Part shown: positions 1-14,603 of the stretch, in pieces
Layout: each line of letters starts with the position of its first letter
Numbering within the stretch: position 1 is the stretch's first letter
NCBI GenBank assembly: GCA_002104945.1
Contig: MCFH01000025.1
Location: forward strand, 682,001 to 746,000
Source: Piromyces finnis finn
Taxonomy: Eukaryota; Fungi; Neocallimastigomycota
DNA length: 64,000 bases
Reading direction: 5' to 3'
Made by a program: the position numbers and the translations under genes
The notes under the pieces: model-generated
Told to the model about the DNA's origin: nothing
Databases searched by the model: none
What the model saw: only the letters and a program-made list of their open reading frames with translations

Positions 1-144
1 AAAAAAAAAATTATCCTTTTTTTTTTTAGATAAATAATTAAGAATCATTATTTGTAGGATTTAAGCAATAATAATATACAACCCGGTTTTATCAATTTAT
101 TTATTAAAAAAAAAAAAAAAAAAAAGATTATATTTTATATATAT

Positions 145-178
<34 letters not shown>

Positions 179-524
179 ATTATTTTACCTATATATAATA
201 TTTATATTTTTTATTCCTTAAAAGTATAATTTGTTTTATTTTTTTTTCTAATTTTTTTTTGTTTTGTTCTTTATTCCATTTTTAAAGTAGTAGTCATAAT
301 AACTTCACATTTACTCTCCCTATTATAGTTTATAATTATTTATTTTTATTAGTACAATCATCTTTTTTTTTTTATTTTTCATTCTTTATTATTATTTTAA
401 TTTAATATAAATAAAAATAAAAATTTAATTAATAATTTATTTATTCATTCATTCATTAATTCATTAATTTATTTATTTATTTATTTATTTATATATTTAT
501 TTATTTATTTATTTATTTATTCAT

Positions 525-588
<64 letters not shown>

Positions 589-741
589 AATTGAATTTTT
601 TTTTTTGTGAATCAATATTTCTAAATTTTATTGGCTAATATTTTGATTTTTTAAAAAAAAATTTTTTTTTTTTTTTTAAATTTTTCTTTTTTTTCAAGAA
701 GCACTTTTATTAAAGTTGAACCTAAAATAATAAAAAAAAAA

Positions 742-2108
742 ATGGAAAATAATAGTAGTGAAGAAGTTTCAAAGGCTAATCAACCAGTTCGTGGAAGACC
801 AGTTTCAGGTTAATAGATTATTAGCAAAAATAATAAAAAGTAGCTAAGAGAAAAGAAAATAAAAATTATAAAAGTCTTTATGTGTTTAATGGAATAGGAT
901 TTACCTTTTTATTTAAAAAAAAAAAAAAAAAAAAACATTTTGGAAATATTAAAAATACATTATTCGGATTTACAGATTTCATATCCAATTTTTAAAAAGT
1001 AATAAAAAGAAAGGAAAGGAAAGAGAAAAATCAATAAATAAAAAATGACCTCCAAATATTCGTAAAAAAAAAAAAAATCAAACACAAATTTTATAATTTT
1101 TTAAATATTTACATAGCATTAATACTAAATTAGCAAACTAAATTCATTAAAATAATAGCATAAACTATTGAAATTTGAAATTTTTAGTTTTTCAACTTTA
1201 TAAAACTTTTTTTTTTTTTGTTTTTAAATTATAATTTCATAAATATATTTAATATATTTAAAATAATTTATCAAAGATTATTAACTTTTTTTTTATTATT
1301 ATAATATTTTCATAAATACATTTGTTTTATGTATATTCAAATTCATACATATATTGAATTCGGATAATATAACATTTTAAAAATTTAAAAATAATAATAA
1401 TAAATAAATAAACAGGAAAAGTATGGAAAAATGTTAGAACAGCAAATGATAGAAAGATTTCCATGAGATCCAAATCTTTAAAAAATTCATGGCAAAAGAG
1501 ATTAGAAGAAAGAAAGAAAAAAGTATTTATTTGAAATATATATAAATATACAAATATAAATATGCTATATGAAATAGTATAGTGTTCATTATTGAAAAAA
1601 TAGTTATTACTATTGGATATTAATTTAAAAAATATATATACTTTTATAATCATTTTAAAAAAAAAAAAAAAAATTTTATTATTTAGCAAATGATAAAAAC
1701 TCTTGAAAAGGAATTAAAGGATACTAAAGAAAGAGAAAAGGAGGTAAATATATATGAATATAAATAATACATATAATAATACAATAATAATTATATTCCA
1801 AAATAATTTATTAAAATATATTTTATTAAAAATACTAATGATATTTATGAAATATTTGTTTAACAGGAAAGAAGAGCTGCTGCTATTGAAAGACAAAAGA
1901 GAAAAGAAGAAAATGAAAAGCGTGCTGAAATTGTTCAATCTGTAACTATCCATAAAATATAATTTTAATTTCATAATAATAAATTGCTTCATAATATTGT
2001 TTTTTAAATTAACATATATAAACATATCACATTAAAATAAAATAGATATCTTCTAAAAAGGTTAAAAGAATGAAGAAAAAGCAATTAAGACAACTTCAAA
2101 AGCGTTAA
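742..2108 (+). CDS. CGR1: rRNA-processing protein Cgr1/CCDC86 family, 5 exons (742-808, 1416-1522, 1687-1743, 1867-1941, 2046-2108)
   Basis: Manual GT-AG splicing gives an open frame MENNSSEEVSKANQPVRGRPVSGKVWKNVRTANDRKISMRSKSLKNSWQKRLEERKKKQMIKTLEKELKDTKEREKEERRAAIERQKRKEENEKRAEIVQSISSKKVKRMKKKQLRQLQKR*. The SGKVWK motif, basic coiled coil and C-terminal KKVKRMKKKQLR are typical of Cgr1. Not in the ORF track because of the introns. Confidence 0.9.
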
Positions 2109-2599
2109 AACTAACAAAAAAAAAAAAAAAGCAATGAATAATCCAAAGAATCATAATTAAAATAATATTCTAATTTTAATTTAATTATCTAATATATTTT
2201 TTTATTTTTCAAGAATTATTATTATTTATATTCTTATTTTAAATTTTAGAAACAAAAATGTATAGATTTTTTATTTTATTTTTTTTTTTATAGAATACCA
2301 TTTTATTGTTAAATAAAATAAAAATATATATATATAATATCACGAATTAAAAATATAAAAAAAAAAATGTTTTTAACTGTTTTTGTTAAAGTGTACCATC
2401 ATGATTTATATAAAAATTATTAACTATAAAAATAAAATGATAAATAGATATTATATTATATATTTATTTAATAAGAGTTTATATTAATAATAAAGATTGT
2501 TTTATTAGGAACATAGTTATTTTTTTTCTCTTCTGTATATATATATAATATATATAATTTATAATAATAATAATAATAATAATATAATAATAATAATAA

Positions 2600-2631
<32 letters not shown>

Positions 2632-3174
2632 CATTAATATTCAGAAAAATAAACAAATTGGTAATATTATTTAAGAACAAAAAAAAAAAAAAAAGTCTTT
2701 TAATACATATACTAAAATGAGTTTATATGTTTTGTTTTTTGCATTAATTTATATGTATATATATATATATATTTTTTATAAAATAAATAATAAATTATAT
2801 GTAAAAAGAATATTTATTTATTTTTATTTTTTTTTCTTAGGTTTTTAAAAAAACTATTTTGTAAAAAAAAAAGAAATGAAAAAAAATTAATAATAATATA
2901 CATATATAATATTATAAATATATATAGTCTAAAATTATTTTTAAAAAAAAAATGTATATTTCTTCTTTAGGTTTATTAAAATACAAAATATAAAAAGAAA
3001 TATAAATAATTAAAATTATTTATAAATGTAAAATATTTCAATCTATAAATTACATACATAACAATTCTTTATAAAAAAAAAATTAATACAAGTATAATAG
3101 GTATTTCATGATTTGATTGATTGTATAATTGTTATTATTGAAAATATGATATTATGAAAAAAAATAAATATAAA

Positions 3175-3222
<48 letters not shown>

Positions 3223-3291
3223 TAAAAATAAAAGTAGTAGAAAAAGAAAAATAAAATATGCTTATAATTAAAAAAAAAATAATAATTAAAT

Positions 3292-6200
3292 TTATGAAAC
3301 AGCTAAGATATTGTCAACGCATTCCTTGATAAACTTTTTCTTTGATGATAAATCACAATCAAACTTTTTGCATAAATTGTTTCTAATAATTTTGATATTT
3401 AATTCTTCAAGATTACCCTCTATTATTCATAACAAAGAAAAAATAAAATAAAAATTAATAAATAACAATTAAAAAAAAAAAAATACAATAAATATTTATA
3501 TATTTAAAGTAATAACTTACCATCAATCATAATTTTAATAGCATTATTTATTTCTTCGTCTGAAGGAAGTTTTGATTCATCCTTTTTATCTTTTTTGGTT
3601 TCCTTCTTTTTTTCAGTCTTAGTTTCTTTAGTTTCTTTCTTATCTTCCTTTTTAACATCACCCTTTTTTTCATTCTTCTTAGTTTCCTTGGCCTTAGTTT
3701 CCTTGACCTTAGTTTCTTTAGCCTTAGTTTCTTTAGCCTTGGTTTCCTTAGCCTTGGTTTCCTTAGCTTTGGTTTCCTTAGTCTTGGTTTCTTTAGCCTT
3801 GGTTTCTTTAGCCTTGGTTTCTTTAGCCTTGGTTTCTTTAGCCTTGGTTTCTTTAGCCTTGGTTTCTTTAGCCTTGGTTTCTTTAGCCTTGGTTTCCTTA
3901 GCCTTGGTTTCTTTAGCCTTGGTTTCCTTAGCCTTGGTTTCCTTAGCCTTGGTTTCTTTAGCCTTAATTTCCTTGGCTGGGGTTTCATCGGCTGGAGTTT
4001 CATCAGCTGGAGTTTTTTCGACTGGAGTTTCTTCGGCTGGAGTTTCTTTGGCTGGAGTTTCATCAGCTGGAGTTTTTTCGACTGGAGTTTTTTCGACTGA
4101 GGTTTCTTTGACTGAGGTTTCTTCGGTTGGGGTTTCATTTTTATCATCAACATCCATTTCATCTGTTTTTTCATCACCCTTTGGAACTTCTACAGTAGTA
4201 TCTTCGGCCATTTTATCATCTTCTTCATCATGAACTTCAGCTTCAGATTTTGGTACAACTTTTCTTTTCTTAACAATTTTCTTTTCTCCTTCTGCTTCAG
4301 AAGCTGCTGCCTTTTTAGTACGTTTCTTAGGTGATGGCTTAGTTTCAGTCTTTTCATCAATAGTTTTCTTTTCTTTTGCTGATTTAGTTTCAGCTTTCTT
4401 TTCGGTTGTTTTCTTTTCTTTTTCATTAGTCTTCTTTTCAGCTGTTTTCTTTGTAGTAGCCTTCTTTTCTACCGACTTTTTTTTAGTAGTGTCTTTTTTT
4501 TCTACTGACTTCTTTTCCTTTTTATCAGTCTTTTCTTCGACTTCCTTCTTTTCAACAGCTTTCTTTACCTTTGAGAATTAAAGAAATAAATAATTAATTG
4601 TGCATTTTTGTTAATATTGTTGTTGTTGTTGTTTTGTTGTTGTTGTTGTTTTGTTTTGTTTTGTTTAATTTTTAAAATGTGTAAAATAATTAAATTTAAA
4701 TAAAATATAGATGATATATATTAAAAAAAAAAAAAAAAAGAGAGATTTAATATTTAAACTTATTTATTACTCAAAATTATTCAATTATAGCAATTATAAT
4801 ATATACTTCTTTCTTAGCCTTTGTATCTTTAGCTTTTTCAATAGACTTTTTAACCTTTTCTTTAGTTTCTTTCTTAGCACTCTTTTCCTTAGAAATAGTT
4901 TTCTTTGTCACCTTCTTAACCTTTGGTTTAGCCTTAACTTTACCCTTTGAATTGACTAACTTGTTAGCAATAACTTCTTCTTCATACTTTTGTTGTTGTT
5001 CTGGTGTTAATTCCTCCCACATTTTCTTAATATCTTCCATAATAGCTTTACTGTTTTTCTTTGTTGCTTTATCATCTTTTTCTTCTTCACCTTCTTTCTT
5101 TTCTGGTTCATCAGTTGTTTTAGCATCCTTAAGTTCCTTTTTCTTTTCAGCAACAAACATTTCATAGGCAACCTTAGAAACAGCATTATTATAAAGTTTA
5201 CCTTTTTTACAATTTAATAGCAGTATAATCCATTTTAATTAATGTTTTCAAACAATCCATAAATTTATTATACATTATAAATAAAATATCATTATTTTAA
5301 AATTCGATAAATATATTTACCATTCTTTGTTTCTGATTCAGATGGGGTTCTTAAAAAGTCAATAATTCTAGAAATAATAACAACCTTTTTCAAAAATTAA
5401 ATCCAAAAAATAATAAATATTATTATTAAAAAAATGTTGATAATTAATATATTATAGACTTGAGATATTTGTATGCATTAATGTAATTACCTTGGTACCG
5501 CCAACATCTAAATTTAATAATTGGCAAAGTTCCTTTAAACCTGATAACATCCATACACCTAACTTATCTTCAAGAGCTTCTTCTTTCTATTAATTAAAAT
5601 GTAATTAGCAATTCAAGTGATATGTAATTAGAATATTAAAAAAAAAATACAAAGCATTCTATTATTTTAATTTTGATCGGTTAACAAATGTACATACTTC
5701 TTCCTTTTCTTTTTCATCAAAATCAAAACCACAGAATTGACGAATATTTGATTTAATAGACTTTTGCTATTGGGATTAATACATAATGTTAAAAAAAAAA
5801 CAATAATAAATTTTAATACTCAAAAAAAAATTATACTATATATAGTATCAATAAGACTGCATACATCACCAGCTCTTCCATATAATAATCTATGTAAACC
5901 CTTTAAAATTTCGTCATTAGTTTCCATCTTACCAATATTTTCATTAACTATTAATATTAATATAAAATAAATTCATCATATAAATTAGATTATTTAGATA
6001 ATATTTATTAATATTACTTTTATATTATTTTTACTTACTAGTCTTAATTTCACTAAGTTTCTTTCCTTTTCCCTATTATAATATAATTAATTGTATAATA
6101 GTACATATATATATATGTATTTATGTATATATATGGTATATATAATAAAAAAAATGAATAATTTAATTTTTAAACAATAATAATAATTAAAATGAATGAT

Positions 6201-6423
6201 CACTATTTCATGACATTTCTTCATTTAAAATATATAACAATTGTTTATTGAAATTAACCTTTGGAATTTCTAACTTTTTTTTAGTTTTTAATGGGCCAGA
6301 AGGCATTTCCAAACGTTGAACCGGTTTTCTAATTCTCATTGGTGTTATTAATTCAGAAAGTTTTCCTTCATCTTTCTTATCTGTAACAACTTCAGTTTCC
6401 GACTTCTTATCTTTACTGCTCAT
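3292..6423 (-). CDS. DEK-family chromatin protein (central DEK/SAP-like region, HMG-box-like segment, K/E/T repeats, DEK_C domain), multi-exon
   Basis: Exons joined at GT-AG: KLEIPK|GKGKKLSEIKT|INENIGKMETNDEILKGLHRLLYGRAGD...IRQFCGFDF...WMLSGLKELCQLLNLDVGGTK...RIIDFLRTP (DEK core). Last exon EGNLEELNIKIIRNNLCKKFDCDLSSKKKFIKECVDNILAVS* (DEK_C), stop at 3292-3294. ORF-track pieces 6208-6423, 4777-5160, 4190-4426 and 3504-4211 overlap this gene. Confidence 0.85.
3676..3975 (-). repeat. Coding 15-bp tandem repeat, about 20 copies, encoding KETKA pentapeptides in the DEK gene
   Basis: Plus-strand unit gccttggtttc(t/c)tta repeated with period 15; followed by related PAEET/PVEKT units to about 4120. 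Confidence 0.95.
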
Positions 6424-8015
6424 TTTAAATTATTATTGTACGATTGTCTACTATTAATTTATTTTTCAAACTTAAATGTGTTTATAAAACACCCTAATGA
6501 CATAAAATAATATTTGCATTAAAAAAGAAAATAAATTAATTATTTATTTTTGTTTGTTTGTTTGTTTTAATTATTATTTCTTTAATTATTTATTTACAGT
6601 AAACAAAATAAAAATATATAATAAAATAAATTATATCTGTTTAGTAATGCTATTGTTCAATGATTTAACCAAAATATTATAAATAATACTTTTAATGATC
6701 TAATTATTTTATCAATTGTCTTACTATTGAAAAAGATTTCTTTTTTTAATATCAATGCATTCCCAATATCATTAATACATATATTACATGTATTAAAAAG
6801 AATAAATAATTGTAATGGGTAAGAGTTTTAATATAGAGAATATTAAACTCTTTAATGCTTTGTTATTTTTTTTAAAAAAAATAAAAAAAAAAAAAAAATT
6901 GAAAATTTGATTTCTCTAATTTAATAATTTATAATGTTACAGTTTTCATAAAGTTCAAAAAATATTAAAATAATGCAACTCTCTATTTCAACTCTTTATT
7001 TTGAAATTTAAATGTTCCTTTTTTTGTTTTGTTCTTTAAAAATCTCTAGTTAATGTTGACGTCTCCTTGTAAATATTAAAATTTATTATTTCTTTTTTTT
7101 TTTTTTTGTTCTATAATGATTCAATATACCATAGATAATATATATTTCATTATTATATAAACCACTTATAATCCAAGATATGAAAACTTTTTATTATTTT
7201 CTATATACTTTTATATATATACATTAAAAAGAGAAAGAGAAATATAAAAAAAAAAGTTAGTTTTTTTTTTTATTTTACCTTTACCAAAAAAAAAATTAAA
7301 TAAAATAATTGTTATTATTATTTATTTGTTTATAATATAACTTTATCAAATATATTTTCTTTTATTCCTTTAATATAACTTTGTGTATTAGCACAATTGT
7401 ATCTTCTTCTCTAAAATAAATGAATATTTATTTTATTTTAAAAAAAAAAAAAGAAAAGAAGAAATAAAAGAAAAAGAAAAAAAAGAATTAAAATTAAGAA
7501 AAAAAAAAAAAAAAGTTTTTTTTAAGTGAATCTTACATTTTTACAAAATTTTAAATCAATAATTCAATTTCAATTGAATGCAATATATGATACTAATATA
7601 TTATACTATTTCATTTTATATCAATTTTGAAAATATTGTCTGCTTTATTTTTCATGATTTTAAAAATTATCATAAATATATAAATGTATAAATAATTTAA
7701 AAAATAAATAAATATACTAATAAATAAATAAATAGATGTATTTTAATTTGTTTAATAAATTAAAATATTATAAAAAATTGAACTTTAAAAAAAAAAAAAG
7801 AGCATAGTTTATAATACATATTTTATTTAAATGTATTATAAACGAATAATAAAACATATTTAAATTTTACTTTACTATTACAACTATCAATTTTCATATA
7901 TAACATATATATTCATAATTAGTAAGTAATTCTCTACAAAAATAACAGTTGATTTACTGCCTGTCTCTGAATCCATTAGTAATTGATAAATAATATATTA
8001 TTATAATTATTATTA

Positions 8016-8100
<85 letters not shown>

Positions 8101-11100
8101 TGTAATAATAATGTAGTAATAATAGTATTTTTTTTTATATAGGAGATTCCATGATTTAAAATGTTTACTACACTATAATTTTGTCTATGACATTACTTCA
8201 ATATTTGTCAAAAAGATTATTATAATAGAAAATAAAAACTATTAGCAAGTTGTTTTTTTTTTAATTAGTTGTCATTGCAATAAACTATTTTATTTTATAT
8301 TTACAATTATAAATGTTTTTTATATACAATAAATGTATTCTCTTACATTATTTAAAATAGCTCTTTAAAAACTATTAATTATTTGAGAATAAAATATATA
8401 AATTTTATAAAGTTTACAAAGTTTTATTTATTTATTAACTAGTACCAAATCTGTGATGCAAAATTTTCTGAAAAAGAAAAATATTTTGGTTACCATTCAT
8501 ATTTTATAATATTTGATTGTTCTTTAATAAACCATTTACATTTATTGATTTTTTTTATTTCTTACTTATTGTTAGTAAATGAGTAAATTTCAGTGTTTAT
8601 TATATAATAATAATGATATAAAATACTTTAAAAGTTTTTAATATCATTTATATAATAATTAATAAAAAAAAATAATAATAATATTCAGTTATATAGTAAA
8701 TATTATTCTACTCATCATATTTTCCCATTAAGTATTAAATATTTAATAATAATTTTTATCTTTATTGTCCTGTATATCATTAAAAAAAAAAAAAAAAAAG
8801 CTTTTACAAAAATATCTTTAAATATATAATATTTTCTTTTTTTTTTTTCCAAGTATTAAAAGGATATTACTTTTAATTTAAATATTAAAAAGGATAAAAA
8901 CTTAAAATTATAATAATAATTAATGATAGTGAAAAAAATAACAAATATTAGTATACGAGATGAAAAGAAGAAACATTAACATCTAAATATAATCATAATT
9001 TATAAATTTAAAAATGAAAAAACTTTAATCACTTATAAATAGAAAATTACTAATGAATAAATTTATTATTATACAAAAACACTCATTTAGTTAGTTGGTT
9101 GGTTAAATTGTTGATTATTCTTAATATACAAGATTTGTATTAAATACTAATAAATTTAAGAATTAATTTTTATAGTCTTTTCTTCTTTCTTTATACAATT
9201 AATCTTTTCTTTATTCATATTCATTATTTTTTAGCTGTATTCATAACAACTTATGTTGATTATACTAATTTAAGGGCTCTATCAAAAATGTTGTGGTAAA
9301 GATAATACCTTATTGATACTTTCAATGATAAGCATATTGGAATACATAAAATCAAAAGATTTTATTAATCTATAGTTGTGTAACATTAATTAAAATAATA
9401 ATTATTAAAGTTTATTATTAAAAAAAACTTTTTTAAAAGATTTCGATTTATAAAAAGTATCATAAAGATGCTTTATTATCTATAATATATATATATATAT
9501 ATATTAATAAAGAAAATGGGGCTTTCTATTAATTATGAATTTCAACTTTATTAATTTATTACTTATAGTAATAAAAAAAGAAATGCTACTACTAAATTAA
9601 TTAATATTACCTTTTCTTTTAATAATACATTCTTCACATATGAAATATTCCTAACCCTAATTTTAAAATATTAAATTTAAATGATTAGGTTCTATTCCTT
9701 TAACTATATAACTAAAAAAAAATATATATATATATATAGAAGTAGTTTTACAAAACTATCCATTAAATAAACTATAAATTATTGAATACTTCTTATGAAA
9801 ATAGTTTTAAGAGAAAAAATAAAGTAAGTAATCTTTCGTAATAAGAGTAATAATTCTATAAATGCTTATTCATTATTCATATATCTTTTATTTTACCCAA
9901 ATTCTTTTAATAAAAAGTATTGAAAGAAATGTTAGTTATTATAAACTAAAAAACAACAACATAAAACTTTATAAATTCATTTTATTTAAAACACAATCTT
10001 ATAAAAAAAAAAGTATGATGAAAAATATATAAAAAATAAGTAATTATACCTTTTATATATTTTTAGCATAATATCATAATGTTCAAACAAATAATTAAAG
10101 AGTACAACAATAACAAGAGCATCAATAATTTCAGCAGTAGTAAGATAAAAACAACAACAGCAACAGCAACAGTAATCGTTATCATAACAGTCAATTAATA
10201 ATAACAATAATAATATAATAATATTTTTTTTATATTAATTAAAAAGATGTGGAACAATCCAGAACTAATTAAATTTTTTTATTTCAGTTTCCCTTTTTTT
10301 TAATTGTATATTAATATTTAAATGGATTATCATATTAATTAAAAAAAATATTAAAAAGTAAATCCAAAAAAGAATAATAGTAATGAATCAATGAAAATGT
10401 TATATATAAATATTATTATTATATATAGGATAAATCCATTATGGAGAAAAAAAACATTTTTTTTTTCATTTTAGTATACAATTATTTTTTTTATTATTAT
10501 TATATAAATAAATAAGATATTTAAAATTATCTAGGTTCATTACTTTTTTCTTTTACCTTTTGTAAATGTTTTAATAGCATTAATACAAAAAGTTTTTTAA
10601 TACATTATTTGTTTTTTATTTTAATAAATTACAACATGATTGGTTAACATCATTTAATAATTACGTAAGTAAAATGTTACACATATTTGTGTAATTTTAT
10701 AATTTTAATCTATACTTTTTTGTGAAATATTTCTAATTAATTAAAAAACAAAAGGAAACTTTATAAATTAAAAGATGTATTGTTCATTCTAATTTCATTA
10801 TAAATTAATATATTAATATGTATTCCATAATATATTATATTAATATTAAAATGTTTGAAATTTTTAATTAATTATAGGAAAAAAGATAAATTTTTATTCT
10901 AAAAATATTACGATCATTTTAATTCAGTATATATTGCAATTAATTGTCTATTTATTTAAATAATTTAATATATTTTAATAATAGTTTATTGTAATATATT
11001 ACTTTAATATATAAATGTATAATTCATATAAGCTAATTAAAATAAAATTTAATTTATTTATTAGTACATAATTAATAAAATAATAAGCCATGAATAAAAG

Positions 11101-11117
11101 ATAGATAATTAAATAAA

Positions 11118-11157
<40 letters not shown>

Positions 11158-11180
11158 ATTAAATAAATAAATAAATAAAA

Positions 11181-11211
<31 letters not shown>

Positions 11212-12763
11212 ATACTAATGAAGGAATGTTAAAACCTGTTTTCTTTAAAATTAAATTAGAAATTAGTAATACTATTACTTTTGCTAATGATATGTAGTTT
11301 CATATTGTTAAAATGAACAATTTGTAAAGTATATTTTTGTTGTTATTCCTAAATTGTTTAATCTTATCTATCAAGTATATAAATGATTTATTTTGGTGAG
11401 TAATTTTGATCAAGAAAAAGTGGTAAAATTGTAAGAGGACTTGCTTCATTTATATTACTATTATAACTCTTTATTAATTATCATTTATAAGTAATATACT
11501 ATCTATTTATTTACTATTGTTTTTATATTATAATCATTTTTATAATCTCTTTATAGAAATATATTTATTAATATTCTTTTTTTTTTTTTGTCCTTTCTTT
11601 TCATGATCGTACTAATTTAACCAAGTCATCCATACAAATGCTATTAATAAATAATTATTTTTACTATAAATTGTATTTAAATAAAAGTGAAATTCATTTA
11701 ATTATCTACTTTTAAGTATATATTTCACTTCCCAATTTCATCGTATTAAACCGATTATACAAATACAATTATATAGTAAAAAAAACAATACCATTTTTAT
11801 TGAACCGTATTTCTTTTACAATTAACCAAAAACATGTTCCTATTTATTTACATTTATATAAATTCTACGCAGTTAAATAAAACCTTTATTTAACCTATTC
11901 CTTCGTTGTGGAAAAATAGAAGAGTTTAACCCTCTTTATCAATAATCGAATTATTATTTATTTATATATATATAAAGTATTTATTTATTTATATAATATT
12001 ATTTATTTATTTATTTATTATTTATTTATTTATTTCCTATGATGGATTCAAAAAAAGTTTATAATTTTTTTATTAATACAAAAATGGTAATACTATGACA
12101 AATAAGGAAATAGTTAAAACTAGAACTATATGAATGATTTAAATATATTTTCATATATAAATAGCTTTTATTAATATATTCCATTTAATAAATATATATA
12201 AACATTATAATATTAATATATGTAATAATAAAGTCTTATAGAAAATAGTGCTAATATAAAAACTATGTTATATTTAATATATTACATTCATATATAATTA
12301 TATATGAATATGATATATAATATAGGATGAAACTATAAAATTCAATGTAATATAATAGTATCCAATTTAATATAAAATTAAATTTATTAGTTTTAATAAA
12401 AAATGAATTGTTAATTTAAATAATAAATAATTTACAATATATTCTAATATATATGCCGAAATTTTGTTTTTTTTTTTTTTTTTGAAATAGAAAAAATAGT
12501 TGGGAATAAAAAAAAAGTATGGCATCATCATATATCCATGAATAAGAAAATATAATTATCAGAAATTATGAAGGAATAAATAAATAATAAGAATTAATAA
12601 TAAATTATATATATTAATATATTTATTTTTATATAATAATAATTAAAATATATTAATTAATAAAAATTGAAAACATATAAATATAAAACTATTTACTCTT
12701 TTTTTCACCTTTTTTTACTATTCTTGTTATTATCAAGAAATAATTATATTTATTTAATTAACA

Positions 12764-14603
12764 ATGCAAAAGCCAACTAGAAAGTACACTTACAGAGAAG
12801 TTGATGAATCCGAAGTCGTCTCTGCTCTTGAAGATATCTTCGTTATTCGTCCACAAGTAAATATCATTAATATTATTTAAAAAAGTATTCATAAACAAAC
12901 AAATAATCAAAAAAAAAAAAAAATAAATAAATAAATAAATATAAATTAGAAAAAAGAAGAGAAAGATAAAGGGGATAAATTAAAAATCTCATTAATTCAA
13001 ATGTTATTGATAACATTTGAATAAAAATAATATAAATAAATAACTACAAAATAATAAAAGATTGAAAATATGGATTGCGAAAAAATAAATAAATTCAAAG
13101 GATATTTATATATCATTAGAAAAAAAAAAGATTAAAATATATAGAAATTAATATGTATTTTTTTTTCTTTTAGAGTAAAAATTAACAAGTTTCATTTTAA
13201 TTTTTAATTCATTACAAAAAAAAATTAGACTCTCCGTAACATTTGCAAACACTTTGTTAATGAATTAACTTTAGGTCTTAAGGAAGATGGTCACACTTTA
13301 AAGATGATTCCATCTTACGTTTCCCGCAGACCAAATGGTAAGGAAACTGGTTCTTACCTTGCTTTAGATCTTGGAGGTAATAATTATTTTATATAATATT
13401 GAGCATTGTATAATAATTGAAATAGTAATAATAACAGAAAATAACAATTAAAATTTAATTAAAATGATTAAATCAGGTACCAACTTCCGTGTCTGTGAAG
13501 TTTACCTTGAAGGTGATTCTAAGGTTCGTCTTACTCAAAAGAAGTTCACTATTCCAGATTACGCCAAGTGTGGTCAATCTGATGTTCTTTTCGATTTCCT
13601 TGCTGACTCTGTTCTTACTTTCATTACTGAAAACAACATCCCAACTGAAACTGATATTCCACTCGGTTTCACTTTCTCCTTCCCAGTTAACCAAACCGCT
13701 CTTGACAAGGGTTACTTAATGGGTTGGACTAAGGGTTTCGACTGCAAGGATACCGTTGGTAAGGATGTCGTTGAACTCTTAAATGAAGCCTTAGCTAGAA
13801 AGAACGTTAAGGTTCACGTTTCTGCTCTTGTTAATGATACCGTTGGTACTTTAATGTCCCACGCCTACAATGACCCAGGTACCTTCGTTGGTGTTATTCT
13901 TGGTACTGGTACAAACGCTGCCTACGTTGAAAAGGTTTCTGCCATTCCAAAATGGAAGGGTGGTCCAGTTGAATCTGGTGAAATGATCATCAACTGTGAA
14001 TGGGGAGCTTTCGATAACGAAAGAGTTGTTCTTCCATTCAACAAGTACGACCAAAAGATGGATGATGAATCTAACAACAAGGGTGAACAAACCTTCGAAA
14101 AGATGATTTCTGGTTTATACCTTGGTGAAATTGTTCGTCAAGTTATTGTTGACCTTGTCCAACGTCGTGTCTTATTCGGTGGTATCTCTTCTCCAGAAAT
14201 TGAAACCCCATACAAGTTCGAAACTGCTTACATGTCCAGAATTGAAAGAGATCACTCCTCTGACCTTCTTGATACTAAGTTAGTTCTTCAAGAACTCCTT
14301 AACGTTCCATACCCAGCTCCACGTGATCGTCGTATTGTTCGTCGTATTTGTGAACTCGTCGCTACTCGTGCTGCTCGTCTTGCTGCCGTCGGTGTTGCTG
14401 CCGTCGTTACTAAGATGGACCGTGTCGGTGACGGTTGTACCGTTGCTATTGATGGTTCTGTCTACGAACACTACCCACACTTTGGTAACAGAATGAAGGA
14501 TGCTATTCACGAACTTTTAGGTATGTTCGAAGAAAACGTTTCCCTTCAACTCGGTAAGGATGGTAGTAGTGTTGGTGCTGGTGTTATTGCTGCTCTTGCT
14601 TAA
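12764..14603 (+). CDS. HXK: Hexokinase, 3 exons (12764-12856, 13229-13376, 13477-14603)
   Basis: The spliced product has LKMIPSYV, LALDLGGTNFRV (ATP-binding motif split by intron 2), LGFTFSFP, WTKGF, VNDTVGTL, GVILGTGTNAAY, INCEWGAFD, FEKMISGLYLGE and DGS motifs. Strong codon bias suggests high expression. Confidence 0.97.

Noticed and set aside
1327-2680. ORF-track hits 1327-1689, 1714-2025, 1754-1945, 2468-2680
   Set aside because: Low-complexity F/I/Y/N translations that are antisense to, or run through introns of, CGR1, or lie in AT-rich intergenic DNA.
3548-4233. ORFs 3548-4177 (KKPRL repeats) and 3595-4233 (VSLAL repeats)
   Set aside because: Alternative-frame and antisense shadows of the 15-bp coding repeat; stop-free only because of the periodicity.
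6500-12700. 6-kb region between the divergent DEK and hexokinase genes, incl. ORF 9986-10207
   Set aside because: Only microsatellites and homopolymers; no credible exon chain, RNA gene or terminal repeat was recognised.
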